Virus record (IMG/VR): IMGVR_UViG_3300020029_000067
Location: 1-5,064 of that record
Source of the DNA: a virus
Strand: one strand, 5' to 3'
Length of the DNA stretch: 5,064 nt
The notes below the pieces were generated by a model. The model did not search any database. It was not told the origin of the DNA and worked only from the letters and a program-made list of their open reading frames with translations. The position numbers and the translations under genes are program-made. Shown piece by piece: positions 4,870 through 5,064 of this stretch (positions are counted from its first letter, which is position 1; every line of letters starts with the position of its first letter).

Positions 4870-5064
4870 CTAGGCCTCGTCCGAGCTTCGGGCAAGGTTC
4901 GGACGAGCAATCTTAAAGATATCGAAAAGTTCATCGACCGAACAAATAAGCTTAGGCGGATAAGAATCCTGAATGGTCATATTCTCATCGTCAAGCGAAG
5001 TAACGGAATAAATATCATAGTCCTGAGGATAAAGCGCAAACATGGACTGATCGCGAAGGAATAC
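4870..5064 (-). CDS. Hypothetical acidic 97-aa protein, 3' part (same gene as 1-220; 4944-5064 duplicates 1-121)
   Basis: The frame stays open from the window end down to the TAG at 4870-4872. In circular coordinates the gene runs 220->1 and then 4943->4870, which is 294 nt or 98 codons. The track ORF 4668-4934 is in a different frame and is rejected. Confidence 0.6.
   Translation of the reverse strand, partial: VFLRDQSMFALYPQDYDIYSVTSLDDENMTIQDSYPPKLICSVDELFDIFKIARPNLARSSDEA
4876..4907. repeat. Hairpin (9 perfect bp, extendable with G.T pairs) inside the last 11 codons of the 97-aa ORF
   Basis: CTCGTCCGA (4876-4884) pairs with TCGGACGAG (4899-4907). C4886-G4897 and T4888-A4895 extend the stem around a 6-nt loop. 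Confidence 0.7.
4944..5064. repeat. Terminal redundancy, copy 2 (identical to 1-121)
   Basis: Same comparison as for copy 1. The repeat lies inside a minus-strand ORF that reads straight through the junction without a stop codon. Confidence 0.97.

Larger units (their letters stand above)
1..4943 (-). mobile_element. One full unit of a circular ssDNA phage genome (Microviridae, Gokushovirinae-like), 4943 nt; coding strand is the window minus strand
   Basis: The gokushovirus core set (VP1, VP2, VP3, VP4 and a small basic VP8/J-like peptide) is present, all on one strand and tightly packed. The exact 121-nt overlap between the window ends implies a 4943-nt circle, inside the usual microvirus size range. 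Third codon positions are T-rich (GGT, GCT, CTT, TCT, GAT), as is typical of microviruses. Confidence 0.9.

Noticed and set aside
4668-4934. Minus-strand 88-aa track ORF across the non-coding region
   Set aside because: It is out of frame with the junction-spanning 97-aa ORF that it overlaps. It reads straight through the intrinsic terminator, the heptamer repeats and the long-range helix. It has no SD, and its product is low-complexity (SLFSFLF, PFFFL), reflecting the pyrimidine tracts.

Overview
The window is one complete circular ssDNA phage genome of the Microviridae, Gokushovirinae-like, plus 121 nt of wrap-around. Positions 1-121 are identical by eye to 4944-5064, which gives a 4943-nt circle. 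All credible genes lie on the minus strand, so the window shows the complement of the coding (packaged) strand. Read 5'->3' on that strand, the order is: structured non-coding region, 71-aa CxxC...CxxC zinc-ribbon-like ORF, VP3 internal scaffold, VP1 major capsid, VP2 minor capsid/pilot, a 39-aa arginine/lysine-rich VP8/J-like DNA-binding peptide (absent from the ORF track, GTG start), VP4 HUH replication initiator, a 97-aa acidic ORF that crosses the linearisation point, and an intrinsic terminator. Gene junctions are tight and carry clear Shine-Dalgarno sequences. Together with the single terminator, this suggests one genome-length transcription unit. Four items deserve a second look. (1) Two small cysteine-motif accessory ORFs sit where gokushoviruses normally carry VP5. 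(2) The ~210-nt non-coding region contains a 16-bp long-range helix with a G6:C6 core and several further hairpins. (3) The VP3-VP1 spacer has a perfect 12-bp hairpin and a tandem 16-nt repeat with palindromic cores across the VP3 stop codon. (4) No lysis gene is recognisable. No tRNA, rRNA, CRISPR array, integrase or transposase is visible. Homology calls come from my recognition of family motifs, not from database searches.
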